Shown: in pieces, positions 39,134-53,397 of the stretch
How the letters are laid out: every line of letters begins with the position of its first letter
Numbering within the stretch: the first letter of the stretch is position 1
Source of the DNA: Mobula hypostoma
Lineage: Eukaryota
DNA: 64,000 nucleotides
Reading direction: 5' to 3'
Assembly: GCF_963921235.1 (NCBI RefSeq)
Contig: NC_086097.1
Coordinates: 217,436,001-217,500,000, forward strand
Notes under the pieces: model-generated
Database searches by the model: none
Seen by the model: only the letters and a program-made list of their open reading frames with translations
Told to the model about the DNA's origin: nothing
Position numbers and translations under genes: made by a program

Positions 39134-40489
39134 ATCCTTTAAAATTGCCCCTCTCACCAACACCCATTACATGGTGCTACTCAGCCCCTTGGACCTCAGC
39201 AGTCTAAGAGAGTGAGTAGCGCTCATCCTTTGATCTGTTCAGGCAATGACCATGGGATCGCAAAGCATCAAAGAACAAGGCGGAGAGCTGAATTGACTCA
39301 AGAGCTCAAGTTCACCCAATAAAAATTTCATTACAGAGAAATTAAATGATGAACACCAGCCTACTGCTTCACATCTGACCATTCCTGATGGAAGGAGACC
39401 TACAAATGAAAGGGAGCAAGAATGTGAATGGAGAAGCACAGAGAGCATATGACAGAAAACTGTGAGTAAAGCATAAAAGTATAACGGATTATCTAGCTGT
39501 GAGAATTACAGGTATGGAGCAAAATGTGCATAAATACTAGCATTACCAGCATTTATTTACAATGGAAACACCATTAATATAAAGTGGTTTAAAGTGTTTA
39601 CAGTGCAGTGCAGTGACAGGGGTAATAGATAGAGAGAGGTGGTTGGGCTAACTAGGATGATTGATTAGATTAACAGCCTGGGAAACAACATTTTTAAGAT
39701 GGCACAGAGTTTTTGTTTTAATAGCCCTATAGTGCTTTCCAGAAGAGAGCTTTTGGAAAAGGTACTTTGTAGGGTGGGTTGTGTCTGCAGTGATTTTTCT
39801 GCCCGTTTCTTTGTCCTGCACACATACACACCCTCTGTGATGAAAATCTGCAGCCAATGACCTTTTCTGCTGATCTGACAGTTTGCTGTAGTTTTCATAT
39901 ATTGTGAGAAGATGCGGCACCAAACCAGACAGTAATGGCTGATGTGAGGATGCTCTCTACAATGCAGTGTAGGATTGTATCAGTATGTTCTGGGGTAGAT
40001 GGAATTCTATCAATTGCTGCAAGAAGCAAATCCTCTGCTGAGACTTTGTTAATGAAGTGAGATGAGAGCTGAATACACTTGTCATCCGAGACATCAATTT
40101 TACGTTTGAAATAGCAGCCGTCGTTCAAAATTGTGGTAAGCAGTTCCTTTTCTTTAACTTCAATTAATATTTAACAAATTAATGGCATTGGAGTGTAGTG
40201 ACTCATTGCAAGATGCTCTCTGTGGATCTGCTCATTACTTCCATTATAATCATTCTACTTTTTAAATCTATATTTTATGACTCTAAGATGATCTTCCACC
40301 TTATTCTCTGCCTGCACTGCACTTTGATTGTAACTGTAATACCTTATTCTGTATTCTGTTATTGCTTTCCCTTGTACTATCTCATTGGACTTGTGGTAAT
40401 AAATTATTTGTTTGGATGGCGGGCATATCAAAGATATTTCACTGTAAAATAGTAAACCAACTTACAAATTTACCATTCTCCAATGCAAT

Positions 40490-41410
40490 ACCCATCACAA
40501 GCACATTTTCCCTGCCCCTTCCCTTGATGCTTTCTGCAGTTGATCACTTTCATGTCTCCTTTGTCTGTACATTCCTCCCCACCAATCCCTCTCTAGTCAT
40601 TCATCCCTGCAACTTTACTAAGTGTTTCACCTGCCTCTATATTTCATCCCATTCGGGCCCTAACCAGTCCTTCCAGGTGAGGCAGTGCTTCACATATGAA
40701 TCTATCAGTGTCATATACTGTATTGCAACCGGTACTCGCAGTGTGGCTTCCTCTACATTGATTAGACCTGATGCAGATTGGGGGACTGCTTCATTGAGCA
40801 CCTTCATTCTGTCCACTATAACAGCTCAGATCTCCAGTTGGCCAGACATTTTAATTCCACTTCCCATTCTGACATGTTTGTCTACAGTCAAGAACAACAC
40901 TGAATATTCTACTTCAGTACTCTCTAACCTAACAGCATGAACATTGATTTCTTTAACTTCTGGTAATTACTCCCCTCTGTTCCCCCCTCCTTTGTTCTCC
41001 TTTATCCCACAAGCCCCATCACCACTTTTCTTTTCCTGCCCCACCCTCTTGATCTACCTATCCCCCCCACATTCGTCCAACTGGTTCTCTGCTCACCTCC
41101 TTCCCTTTATTCCATAGTCCACTTTTCTCTCCTATCGGATTCCATCTTTGTCACCTGTACCTATCACCTCCCGGCTTCTTATTGCATTCTCACTCTCTTG
41201 CTCCCCCACCCTGCTATCTTTCTCATCAGGATTCACCCACCATTTCTAGCTCCGACTCCTCTCCCCGCCCCCTCCACCCTTTTATACTGGTATCTCTCCT
41301 CTTTCTTTCCACTTCTGAAAAAATATCCTAGCCAGAAACATCAACTGTCCATTTCCCTGATTAGGAGCTACTTGAACTACTGAGTTTATCCTGTAATTTT
41401 TGTGCTCCAC
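40490..41410 (+). mobile_element. Old Penelope-like element 3' fragment (GIY-YIG region)
   Basis: QSFQVRQCFTYESISVIYCI and MNIDF-like remnants, pyrimidine-rich tail, heavily decayed hammerhead/pLTR near 41310-41405. Confidence 0.7.
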
Positions 41411-43239
41411 CTTAAAGCTATACCTTCTTGTATTTAACATCTCTTTACTGGGGGCGGGGGGGGGGGACTGAAAAGTTTGCATCTTTGCCTCTCCTAATTT
41501 TATATACTCCTATCAGGTTACCCCTCAGCCTCTGACACTTCAGAGAAAACAATTTAAATTTGTCCAACTTCTCTTCATGGTTTATGCTCCCTAATCCAGA
41601 CATTATCCTGCTGAATTTTTTTCTGCACTTTCTTCAAATCCTTCATATTCTTTCTGTTATACAGCAATCAGATCTGCCACAACCTGATCAAAGGTGAACA
41701 TCACTGCCTGATTTTTATACTCAGTTCTCTGACCAACAAGGGCAAGTGTGTCCCATGCTTTCTTTACCACCCTATCTACTTGTGTTGCCACTTTCAGGGA
41801 GCTGTAGACTTGCACCCCAAGATTCCTCTGCACCTCAGTGCTCTTAAGGCTACTGCATTTACTGTATACTTTTCTTTTACCCCTGACCTCTGAAAGTGGT
41901 CTATATCCATCAAGTCCCTCTCCATTCATGTCTATTAAGCACTGCGACATTTCTGACTGGTATCTGCAAAATCCTTTGACAATCTTCCTGACTGCATTTA
42001 CAAACTTAGTAATCAACTCATCACCATCTTCAACCCGATCATTTATGCAGTCTCAGCAATGACAGACTTCCAGTCGGAACGGGAGTCCTCCACCACCACG
42101 ATCTTCTATCTTCTTTGGATATTGGGATAGATATTGGGTGATTTGCTTGCATTTATTGATACCATTTCTGAGTTTATAAAGAATCATCTGAGGCCTGTAG
42201 AGTGTGTTTCATACAAAAGGTTGTGGAACTTATATTTCCTTTTGCTGGGGTATCCTGAACCAGGGATGCCCCATTCAGTAGTGATGTGAAAAGAAATACC
42301 ACTACAGGCAGGATGAAGAATATAGGGTGAATGTGGGTAAATGGAACTGAGGTAAAAGAATATCGAATGTCAGAGTAGGCACAAGTAGCCAAACATCCTA
42401 CTCCTGCTATTCCTATGCACCAGCTTCATGTAATATTTGTTGTGTAATGTTGTTGACATTGCAAGACATTTCTATGGTCTTGCAGTGATTCCAAGGTTGC
42501 AGTAGGGGCCGCACGCCAGATGGTACATTGAAACACGCACTGCTAAATAGCCATTTGGAAGCTGGAACGCCGGTCTGAAGTTGTAGCTGACTTCAGTTTG
42601 GTGGATTTGAGTCCTGCTTCGTAAAGTACAACATGTAATAACTTGATTAAGTGGCTAAGTCAGTTTGCTTAGATACTTTATTGAAGCCCAATGGAAATAA
42701 GTCAGCAGTTCTTCCACGTCAGAGAATTCAGCCAGGAGCTCAAGAAAGAGAGAAGCAAATTTTACCACCGAGCCCCTCAGTGTAGCGGACCCTGAACCGG
42801 ACCAAAGTACGTTGGATCTTTATTTATATAGCCCCACCTCCCTACAACTGTGGAACCTGGCATTAAACTTGCAAATGTAGGCGTTTTGTGAAGTAGTAAA
42901 ACTAAACTAGTTCGGGTAGTTTGCAGAGGCCCCACCCATAGCACTCCCTGCTGCACAACTTTTCCACCAACCTCCCTGTCAGCGTAATATAATTTAGTTG
43001 CACCGAAGCCTTAACTGCGTATTCTACAAAACATACACCAAAAGTTATATATGTTTTCCTATCTTCGTCCCGCTGCTTACTGTGCAGCTGTGGCGATTCC
43101 TAATATTTGTTTCGGCAGTGCTGTAATCAGACATTTGATATTTGTTTACTAAATGGTACTAGTCTCAAACACAAGAGGCTTAATGCGCAATAAAATTAAC
43201 ATTTAGCAAATTTACGCCGATTGTCTTCATACATTCTAG

Positions 43240-43461
43240 ATCCGGAACTAGCGTAGGGGCCTTCTGGTGCGCGCAGCGGAGGGATCTCCCAGCTTGGGGT
43301 GGGAGCGCGCGCGGCCGAGAGACCTTCCAGCTCGGAATGGGAGCGCGCGCGGGTAGAAGTCAGCTGCTGCGCCGAGGACTTTGGAAGTGGAGAGCTGATA
43401 GTAAATTATTTGGCAAGTGTAGATGAGAACTAATGTTGTGAGCAAAGTCTGAATGGTGAGT
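43240..43461 (+). promoter_or_regulatory. Second CpG-rich promoter and probable first exon ending at a GTGAGT donor (candidate SGK3 5' exon by synteny)
   Basis: Dense CGCGCG cluster at 43268-43375, then GAATG|GTGAGT consensus donor at 43455/43456. In human, SGK3 lies on this side of VCPIP1 on the opposite strand. No coding exon was seen, so identity is inference. Confidence 0.55.
43283..43352 (+). repeat. Direct repeat, 2 x 32 bp (27/32 identical), period 38, in the second promoter
   Basis: GATCTCCCAGCTTGGGGTGGGAGCGCGCGCGG and GACCTTCCAGCTCGGAATGGGAGCGCGCGCGG. Confidence 0.9.
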
Positions 43462-44404
43462 AGTACTGGATCCGAACTCTACACTTTATTGAGTCGTTTT
43501 GTGGATGTAGTCATCACTGTTGCGAAATTAATATCGTAATAGGTACTTAGAATTCACAACTTTAATTCGAGCCACCAGACATTCTCTTGTTCGCCTACAA
43601 ATTGGGTGTTAAATGAATACAGATTAAAAGCTTAGCCAATATACCTGTTTACTACTTTGAAAAGTAAAAGAAACACCGCAAACTCTGGAAATATATATTA
43701 AAAAAACCGCTGGAAAAATTCCAGATTGAGCAAAAGAGTTAGCCTTTAAAGTTTTCTCGGCTTTCTATGGACAAATGAAGTATGTGCAACGATTGTAAGT
43801 CATGCTTGATATTGTTTTTGATATATTTTCGCACACTTGTTTTTGGTTATTAAGAGGTACACTATTCGTAAGTGGTTTGCATGCTTACCAACAGCTATAT
43901 TTTGTGAATGTCAGCACTTTATATGGCTGTTGTTCCAAAATATTTTTGTTAAAGTTTAATCAACACAGTTCTGTTCATATAGTATTGCAGTGGATAGTTC
44001 ATCAGGGAAAGATAGTTTTACTGCTGAGTTTTCCCTCCAGGTAGATTTAGAGATCAAAGAGTTACAAACAGACTGTTTGTGCAAGCACTGTTCCTTTCAT
44101 TTTGAATCTTTAGAGAAACAAAAGTTGATTCATCCACAAGATCTATGACGTAGAACTAGGATGAGACCAAAGGCACCGAGGTGAAATATGAGGTTAAGGT
44201 TTTCCAAAAGTATTTTAATTTGCAATCTTTTTAATGAAGAATAAGTCTGTAGTCAGAATTTTTTTCTTTGCTTTTAGAATGTGGAAAGTAGAATTGTTTT
44301 GTATATTACCTATTGCTGACATACAGTATACAGCAGAGAAGTGGGCCATTTAGTGGACAAGACTGAGTCTTTGTTCCTTTCCTATTTGAGCTTCTTTCTA
44401 AATT

Positions 44405-45065
44405 CAAGATTGTTTAATGTTATTTCCTGGACACGACCGTAAGGGGAACAAAATAATTGTTATTCTGAATCTGATGCAGCACAAAAAAGACACAAAAGAT
44501 AAAGGACATAATAATAATTAAAAAACACATAATAAATATAAATACATTGGATAGCTTTCTACATTGATTGTATGTACATAAAGTGATGTTAGGCTGTACA
44601 TAAGGTGACTGATGGGAAATAATAAAGTTGTGGGTGGAGGTGTTAATCAGCCTAACTGCTTGGGGAAAGTAACTGTTTTTGAGTCTAGTGGTCCTGCTGT
44701 GGATGCTATATAGCATATCCCCCCCAGTGAGAGTGGGACGAGCAATCTGTGAGCAGTGTGTGTGTGGTATCCTTCATAATGATACTGGCCCTTTTCCAGT
44801 ACCTTTCTGTATATATGTCCTTGATGGTGGGTAGGCTGGTGCCTGTGATGCTTTGTACAGTTTTTCTGTCTGCCGCAATGCAGTTTCTCTACCAAGCAGT
44901 GGTGAGACTTGTTAGGATGTTCTGTGCATCTATAGGTTGCAAGTCTATATGAATATGGACATGCAAAGTCCAGATTTCTTCAGCCTCTTCAGAAAGTAGA
45001 GGTGTTGGTGAGCTTTCTTGACTGTATAGGATATGTTCTGGGATCATGAGAGGTTGTGTGTGATG
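44405..45065 (-). mobile_element. Rex1/Babar 3' fragment (similar fragments at ~19840-20150+, 23070-23520+, 24830-25410-, 35357-35650+, 39560-40080-, 46990-47625+, 51670-52035-)
   Basis: Recurrent LLPSGR(R/K)YRSLKT...NSFFP.A.RL 3'-end peptide remnants and shared AT-rich 3' UTRs. Confidence 0.75.
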
Positions 45066-45689
45066 TCTGTGCATTCATATAATCCCCTTGCTGCACGTAG
45101 TATCCAAATTCCTTTAAACACAACTATGCACTTTGCCTCAAAGTGGGGGTTTCATGTTCATGCCACTTTCCAGGTAAGGCAGTTTCTCGTGAATTCTCAA
45201 CTTTTTTTGGTGGCAGTTTTGTATTGATGTTCTTTAGATCTGCTGTCTCAAACTTTTTAACTCATAATTTTTAAGGATCACCTTGTCGTTACCTTCTCAG
45301 GCCCTCTCACTTTTTCCCACTCCCCATCCCCCTCCTGTAAATGATGCTCAAGTCTATTTGTATTCTAAATTCTTCTGCACTGTTTTAAATGTCTCTGAAC
45401 CTTCTCTATGAAAAATCATCAAGAACTTCACACAACATCCCCATTGTAGTCTAACTAGTGTTTGATAAAGTATGGATTCTCCACGTTCAAATCCAGGTAC
45501 TGAGAAATCATGTGCCACTAGATTAGAGCACCATAACCTTAATTCTAGGTGACTGCAACTGATTTGTGCTGTTATGTTGTCAGTTAGAGTAATAATTCGA
45601 TATAGAATTCATTTGTCCCATTCGTGATAGCAATGCTGTGATTCCTGAGGATGTCAATGTACAGAGCTGAAGAAAGGAAAGATTACTAA

Positions 45690-45980
45690 CAGAAGAAAAC
45701 CTGCAGATTCTGGAAATCCAAGCAACACAAAAAATCGATCAAAACCCTTTTCCAGCCCTTTATCTCTTTCACCAATCAACTTACCAGCTCTTTACTTCAC
45801 CCTCCCTGTCTCCTGGTTTCACCTATCACCTACCACCTTGTACTACTTCCTCCCCTCCTCCCACCTTCTTTTCTGACTTCTCATCTTTTCTTCCGGTCGT
45901 GATGAAGGGTCTCGGCCCGATACGTCGACTGTCTACTGCTGTCTGACCTGCTGAGTTTCTCCAGCATTTTGTGGTGGGTT
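45690..45980 (+). mobile_element. Penelope pLTR fragment with mutated hammerhead and inverted tail copy
   Basis: CGGTCGTGATGAAGGGTCTCGGCCCGATACGTCGACTG at about 45894-45931. Segment about 45692-45735 is the reverse complement of the family 3' tail. Confidence 0.75.
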
Positions 45981-48319
45981 GTAAGGAAGGATTATAATTG
46001 ACCCAGATTGTCAGATGCATTTTGGAACTCTTAATCATTGACATGGCCAATGATTAAGAATAGTTTGGCTGGATTAAATTCAACTGACTTGGATACAGGA
46101 CAAAACTGGCAACTTTCTCTGTGATCTGGGAGATGTCAGTGTTGCAACTGGACTGGAATAGCTTGGTCTGAGGTATATCTGGTACTACTAAGCACAGACC
46201 TTCAGTACTACTACATACAGGCCTTCAGTGCTGCAGTTGGGATTCTGTTTAGACTCAGACTTCTATTCTCCAGAGCTAGCAGCTATTTCACAAAGAAAGA
46301 ATTATATTAGCTGAAGAGTGGCTTATGTGATGATGGTTTCACCAAATGAAGGAAGTCCGTTTGGATCATTCACTTGGCAATTTTGGCTGAATGTGGTTAC
46401 GAATGCTTTAGCCCTTTACTTCAGCATTCAAATAATGTGGATGTTCTGTGCCTGTTAGCTGTTTAATTGTTCTGCCACCATTTACAATTAGGTATGGTAG
46501 GATTGCAGAGATTTGATCTGATCTATTGGACGAGTGATTTCCTAGCTGCCAATTGCACTATTTGTTGCTGTATAGCATGTGGCTGTGTGATACTCATTTC
46601 CTTCGTTGCTATCATGGCAGATATGAGGACAAGATTGAGTAGATTTTCTCTGTTACTACTGGTATTGCCAAGCCATTCCCAGTGATGGGCATTGAAGTCC
46701 CCTATCAGGAGAATCATCTGTTCCCTTTCTACTTATGTTAGTGTCATAGCTAAAATCATTGTATATAAAAAACACAGAGAAACAGGCCACTTGACCCATA
46801 ATGCATGTCAGCTCTATAATAGAGTGACCCACCAGCTCTACTTACTGGCCTTTTCTTTGTAACCTTGGAAAATCTTTATAAACATATTTTCATGCAATTC
46901 CCTCCGATGTGGTCGACCCCTGACTTGTCAGCTAATGGGGGATGGAAGAGGGTAGATTTCTTTATCTATGTTTGACATCTAGGGGTAAGCAAGACTAAGG
47001 AATTGATTGTGAACGTAAGGAAGGGGAAGTTATGGGAACCCCAGTTCTTGTTCAAAAGTCAGTGGTGGAAAGAGAGAGCAGCTTTAAGTTCCTGGGTGTC
47101 AGCATCTCCGAGGATCTATCCTGAGCCCAACACATTGCACATAAAGAAGGCACAGCAGTTGCTCTGTTTCATTAGGAGCTGGAGGAGATTTGGTATAACA
47201 TCAAAGTCTCTTGCAAATTTCTATAGCTACATGGTGGAGGGCATTTTGACTGGTTGCTTCACAGCCTCGACGTAGTCTCCAATGCACAGGATTGCAAGAG
47301 GCTTCAGTGGATTGTAGACATAGCCAGATCCATCACGGCTACAACATCCCCACTATCAAGGATGTTTTCAACAGATGGTGCTCTGAGAATGCAGCATTCA
47401 TCATTCAGGACCCTCACCACCTGAGACGCGCTCTCCTCTTGTTACTACTGTCAGAGAGGAAGTACAGGAGATTGAAGACCCACACTCAACTATTCAGCAA
47501 CAACTTTTTCATCTCGGTCATCAGATTTCTGATCAGCTCACAAACACTATTGTTCCTTTTATTTTGTGTATATATTTACTTTGTAATTTATAACAGTTTT
47601 ATGTACTGTTGCAGCAAAATCTGATGTTGAGGACTACCAGGGCAGCTTTCTCCTGTCTGCATACCAGTGTACTGCAGATCTGTTAGGTCTGTCCTGCTGG
47701 CGGGTAAAACAAGATGTACCCGAGGATTGTAATGGATGGCGCTGGCAAGTTGTCTGTAAAGTTATGATTCTGTGATAATGATAGTGTTGGCTTTGCCAAA
47801 TGAGAACGTGGGACATCTCCTCCTATTTGGACACCAGCCCCTAAATTTGATTGCTATTGCAAGAGTGACTTACAATAACCAAATTTGCTGCTGGTTGATC
47901 TGTAGAGTTTTATTCTTTGCCTTTATTAGCAGAACAATTATGATGTAGCTGAGAGACGTGAGGCTGGTTTACAATGAACAGCATTAGAAAGTCTGGTATC
48001 ACATGCAGGATGGTAGATTTCATCCTCTAAGAACATAACTGAACCATATGTTTTTGTTTGACACTCTGATAGTTTTGTGGTCAGTAACAAATGACTAATT
48101 TATGTCTTGTGTCTTGATTTTGTAACTTCTGATTCAAAGATACTGTGAAAGCACTTTGACTCAAAGGATTGCAGTTGAGATATGGTTCCCCATTGTTTTC
48201 TTGGGGCATTTTGAGAAAGGTCCTGCCAACAATGCCTACAATTCTTCTCTGAATTTTAAAAGTGTTTTATAGTCAATAAAATGCTGGTATGTGCTGCCGG
48301 GGAGGTGGTAGAAGTGGAG

Positions 48320-51060
48320 ACTCACCTACTGCAGGGAGATGCAGAACCGCTGTGTATCCTGTTTCACCGAGACCTGGCTCTCCCCTGCCACCCCCGATCG
48401 GAGGCATTTTCGATCCATCGGATGGACCACACGGCATCTTCAGGCAACATGAGGGGAGCTGGTGTCTGCCTACTGATCAACACTGCTTGGTGCTCGGACA
48501 CAGTGCCACTGACGAGCTCCTACAGCCCGGACCTGGAACACCTGTCAGTGAAGTGTCATCCCTACCATCTGCCACAGGAATTCACCTCAGTCATACTGAC
48601 AGCGGCCTACATTCCCCCCCAGGCGGATGTGGAGTGTGCTTTGAATATACTATATGCCAACATCAGTGAACTTGAGACCAGGTATCCAGAGGCTTTGCTC
48701 ATTACAGTCGGGGACTTTAACCAGGCCAACCTCAGAAAGGCACTGCCAAAGTTATACCAACATGTCTACTACCCCACTAGGGGCCCGAATATACTTGACC
48801 ACTGCTATACAGCAGTCAAGGATGCCTACCGTTCCATCCCACGATCTCACTTCGGAAAATCGGACCATCAGGCCGTACTCCTCCTCCCGGCTTACAAACA
48901 GAAACTGAAGCAGGAGGTCACGGTGTCAAAAGTAGTGTCGCGTTGGTTGGAGGAAACGGATGAAGTCCTCCATGACTGCTTTGAATCGGTGGACTGGTTA
49001 ATATTCAAGGACTCGGCAGCTAACCTTGATGAGTGTGCCTCAGCAGTCACGGACTTTATTTGGAAATGTACGGAGGACTGTGTGTCTCGCAAGACGATCC
49101 GGGTATTCCCTAACCAGAAACCTTGGATGAATTATGAGGTCAAGTCCCTTTTGAAGGCTCGAGCTGTGGCTTTTAGGTCCGGGGATACCTGTTGCTACAC
49201 AGAATCCAGGCGTGAACTCTGGAAAGCCATTAAGGGCGCCAAGAGGCAATATCAAGCCAAGTTGGAAGCCCAGGCTAACCAGAGGGATGCCAGTAGACTA
49301 TGGCAGGGTCTAAATGAGATCACTGGGCGCAAAGAAGAGGCTGGGAATATCAATAACTGTAGCGCATCTCTTCCTTACGAACTTAACATATCCTACACAA
49401 GATTCAAACGGAAGAGGAGCATCCTGCTCCCTCCGGATGAACCAGACCTGGTGGCATCGAGATTCATCATCACCAAGGAGAACGTTAGAAGGGCCTTCCT
49501 GAAGATAAATCCAAGGAAAGAGACGGGCCCATATGGCGTCCCGGGGCGGGTTCTCCAGGCCTGTGCAAGCGAGCTAGCTGGAGTGTTTGCTGACATCTTC
49601 AACTGCTCCTTGCTTCAGTCTAAGATCCCCTCGTGTTTTAAGAAGGCAACGATAATCCCAGTGCTGAAGAAGAGCAAGGTGGCATGCCTGAATGACTATT
49701 GACCTGTGGGTCTGACATCAATTGCTATGAAGTGCTTCGAGCGATTGGTTAAGGCACACATCAACCACAGCCTACCAGTCAACCTCGACGCTTTGCAATT
49801 CGCCTACCAGAGCAACAGGTCAACGGCAGATGCCATCTCTCTGGCCCTACATTCCTCCTTAGAACACCTGGAGAATAAAGACGCATACGTAAGGCTCCTT
49901 TTCATTGACTACAGCTCTGCCTTTAATACCATCATTCCAAATAAACTGATTCCTAAGCTCCGGAATCTGGGCCTTAGCACTCAGATCTGCAGCTGGATCT
50001 TCAACTTCCTCACAGACAGGACCCAGGCTGTAAAAATAGGGGAGAAGCTCTCCTCTACACTCACACTGAGCACCGGTGCCCCACAAGGCTGTGTACTCAG
50101 CCCCCTGCTGTACTCACTGTACACCCATGATTGTGTAGCCAAGTTTCCATCAAACTCAATATATAAGTTTGCTGATGACACAGTTGTAGGCCGTATCTCG
50201 GGTAATGATGAGTTTGAGTACAGAGAGGAAATTAAGAACCCGGTGGCATGGTGCGAAGACAATAACCTATCCCTCAACGTCGGCAAGAAGAAGGAATTGG
50301 TTGTTGACTTCAGAAGGAGTAGCAGACCGCACGACCCAATTTACATCGGTGGTGCACAAGTGGAACAGGTCAAAAGCTTTAAGTTCCTCGGGGTCAATAT
50401 CACAAATGACCTGACTTGGTCCAACCAAGCACAGTCTACTGCCAAGAAGGCCCACCAGTGCCTTTACTTCCTGAGAAAGCTAAAGAAATTTTGCCTGTCC
50501 CCTAAAACCCTCACTAATTTTTATAGATGCACCGTAGAAAGCATTCTTCTAGGGTGCATCACAACTTGGTATGGAAGTTGTCCTGTCCAAGACTGGAAGA
50601 AGCTGCAGAAGATCGTGAACACGGCGAAGCGCATCACACAAACCAATCTTCCGTCCTTGGGCTCACTTTACACCGCACGCTGTCAGAGCAGTGCTGCCAG
50701 GTAATCAAGGACACGACCCACCCAGCCAACACACTTTTCGTCCCTCTTCCCTCCGGGAGAAGGCTCAGGAACTTAAAGACTCGTACGGCCAGATTTGGGA
50801 ACAGCTTCTTTCCAACTGTGGTAAGACTGCTGAACGGATCCTGACCCGGATCAGGGCCGTACCATCCAAACATCCGGACCGGCATCTTGGTTTTTTTGCA
50901 CTACCTTACTTTCCATTTTTCAATTTTCTATTTATGATTTATAATTTAAATTTTTAATATATACTATCGATTTGTAATCCAGGGAGTGGGAAGTGCAGAA
51001 TCAGATATCACTATGATGATTGTACGTTCTAGTATCAACTGTTTGGTGACAATAAAGTAT
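48320..51060 (+). mobile_element. Rex1/Babar-type LINE, 5' truncated, relatively young, inserted in a CR1 3' remnant
   Basis: ORFs 48281-49702 and 49706-50704 share a frame and are split by TGA at 49700-49702 in NDY(R)PV. Motifs [38 protein letters not shown]. Ends AATAAAGTA. Confidence 0.92.
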
Positions 51061-53397
51061 ATGATACCTAAGAGGCATTTAGACAGATATTTGAATAGGT
51101 TGTGAATATAGGAATGCAGATTATGCACAGGTAGATGGGATAGTTTAGGTAATTTAGGTAGTTTAGTCTGACATTATTTTAACAATCCATTACACAAAGA
51201 AGCTTTATCTATCTCAATGGCTCCTTAACATTAGCTCGCCTAGTCTCACCCTATGTATTCCGTCCCGTCACTTATCTGCTATCTAAGCTATCTGATTCTC
51301 ACTGTTTCCCCATTCTGACAAAGCTTCCTGGCAATAAAATGTTTATTTTTCCACAGATTTTGTCTGATCTTCTGAATGTTCCTAGTATTTTCCATTTTCA
51401 TTTCATATTTACAATATCTGTAGATTCCCTTTTCCACTTGGAATGATAACCCACTCTTTCAACACAATAATTTCATAGGATCTATACTATTCACCTGAAA
51501 CAGCATGCAGGATCTTGGTTAAACGTCTCACTGACCTCCTTCAGTACTATCAGCAGCATGAACCTAAACATTTGTGGTCCAGTCCTTAAACCAGGTTTTG
51601 AACTGACAAACTTTTGACTTGGGTGTGTTGCCAAGCTGAGATTTGAAAGCTAGTTGTAAGACAAAACAAAATATCAAAATAAATTTTATTATTGAAGTAT
51701 ATCTATGATGCCATATACAACCTTGAGCTTCATTCTCTTGTGGGCATACTCAGTAAATCTACAGGATAATGGAAGATCAACTACAGTGCAGAAGACAACA
51801 AACTGCAAAAGCAAAAATATAAATAAATAGCAATAAATAATGAAAACATGAGATAATGAGTTATTGAAAGTGAGAATTCATTGTGGGAACGTTTCAAGAA
51901 TGTAACAAGTAAAGTTGAGTGTAGTTATCCAAATTCATTCAAGAGCCTGTAGGTTGAGGGCTAGTAACTGTTCTTGAACTGATGGTGCGAGTCTTGAGGC
52001 TCCTGTACCTTCTACCTGATGGCAGCAGTGAGAAGAAAACGTACGTTGTAGAAATTTCTCTTGCTATGTAATAGGAAAGACAATGGCTTCCCAAATGTAG
52101 TGCAAAGTTTTCAAGGTGCTTTCTAAAGAGAAAGTGAGAGTTTGATCCACGGATGGAAGGAAAAAAAATCTGAAGCACAATTCTGATTTTAAAATTAGGA
52201 CCTTGAAGGCTCTCAAGCAGATGAGTTTAAAAATGTGAATAAAATGCAGGATAGAGCTACTTAGAAAGCAATTTCATATCTTAAGGAAACTGAATTAATT
52301 TACTTAATAATGAAAACTTATAGGAGCAGCACAGAAAGGCCTATTTCTGAGCATGTTTTTGGGGTTGGCAGTAATGTTAGCCTACAAATTCGAGGCTTAT
52401 TGTCAACTGAACTTGTAAAGATTCAAAAATGAATATTTAAATTTTAATATTTTAATATTTTAAAAAGCCTGTTAAATGGCAGAATCAATCAGCATAGATC
52501 AACCATTATCTTCTGGAATGATGGGGCAACTTGAGGAGCCAAGTGACCTACTTTTGCTTTTTTTGTGTTCTTATTTACAAATGTGAGATGGCCATTTCTG
52601 AGGCTGCTACAGATTTATGAGAAGTGAATTAGACTGAATAAATGCCAGAAGCTGGCTAACAGATATTGCATTCCCAGAATTCATGTTTTTAGAATTATGT
52701 AGAACAGCTTTTAATGTTTAGAATTTTAATGTGCTTTTTGTGATTATTATTGAAGGTGTCAGGCCGAACTCCTCACCAAGATGCATTTCTTTAAAACGAA
52801 TTAATTGCCAAAATAAAATTAATCTAAACAGTCTCAAGTTTGTCATGACACACTTAACTTATTTTTTTTAGCTGAAAAGAGCCCTGATCTCTTGCAACCA
52901 TTTTATTACATTTTAAGGCCTTATGAATTAGAACACATTTTTATGTTCTGCTTCTCTGGTTATTCCATTACGTCTTTAGTTTAGAAATGTAGCTAAGAGA
53001 TTAAGGAGGGAAGCTGGAAGAAATTCTTTATTGGACTGTGGCGTGCTGTGTAATAATTATGTCAGAGAACATTGTAAAGATTAGGAAAAATAACTGATAA
53101 TTTGGTGGGTATCACAGGTCAATGAGGAGTCAAACATAACTTAATCGGTCTTCAGTTAAAATGGATAAGAAATTAAGTATATTAGAAATGGGTGTAGAAA
53201 TGCAATTATGTCATGTCTGTTCTGTTTTCTAATCTGATTAGTTTGTGCACATGTATAATATCAGAACACCCGTCATCAATGGTGTGCATTGGCAATTTCA
53301 TTGGTAGAACTGGCCATTTTTCATTACAAATGTAAACAAGTGACTTAAAGATAGAAGCAGTTCATATATCGTGCGTGCAGATGTAACATTTTAATTT

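Noticed and set aside
42540..42625. tRNA-like or structured RNA around CTGAAGT...ACTTCAG
   Set aside because: Only a 7-bp stem; no cloverleaf or proper A/B boxes.
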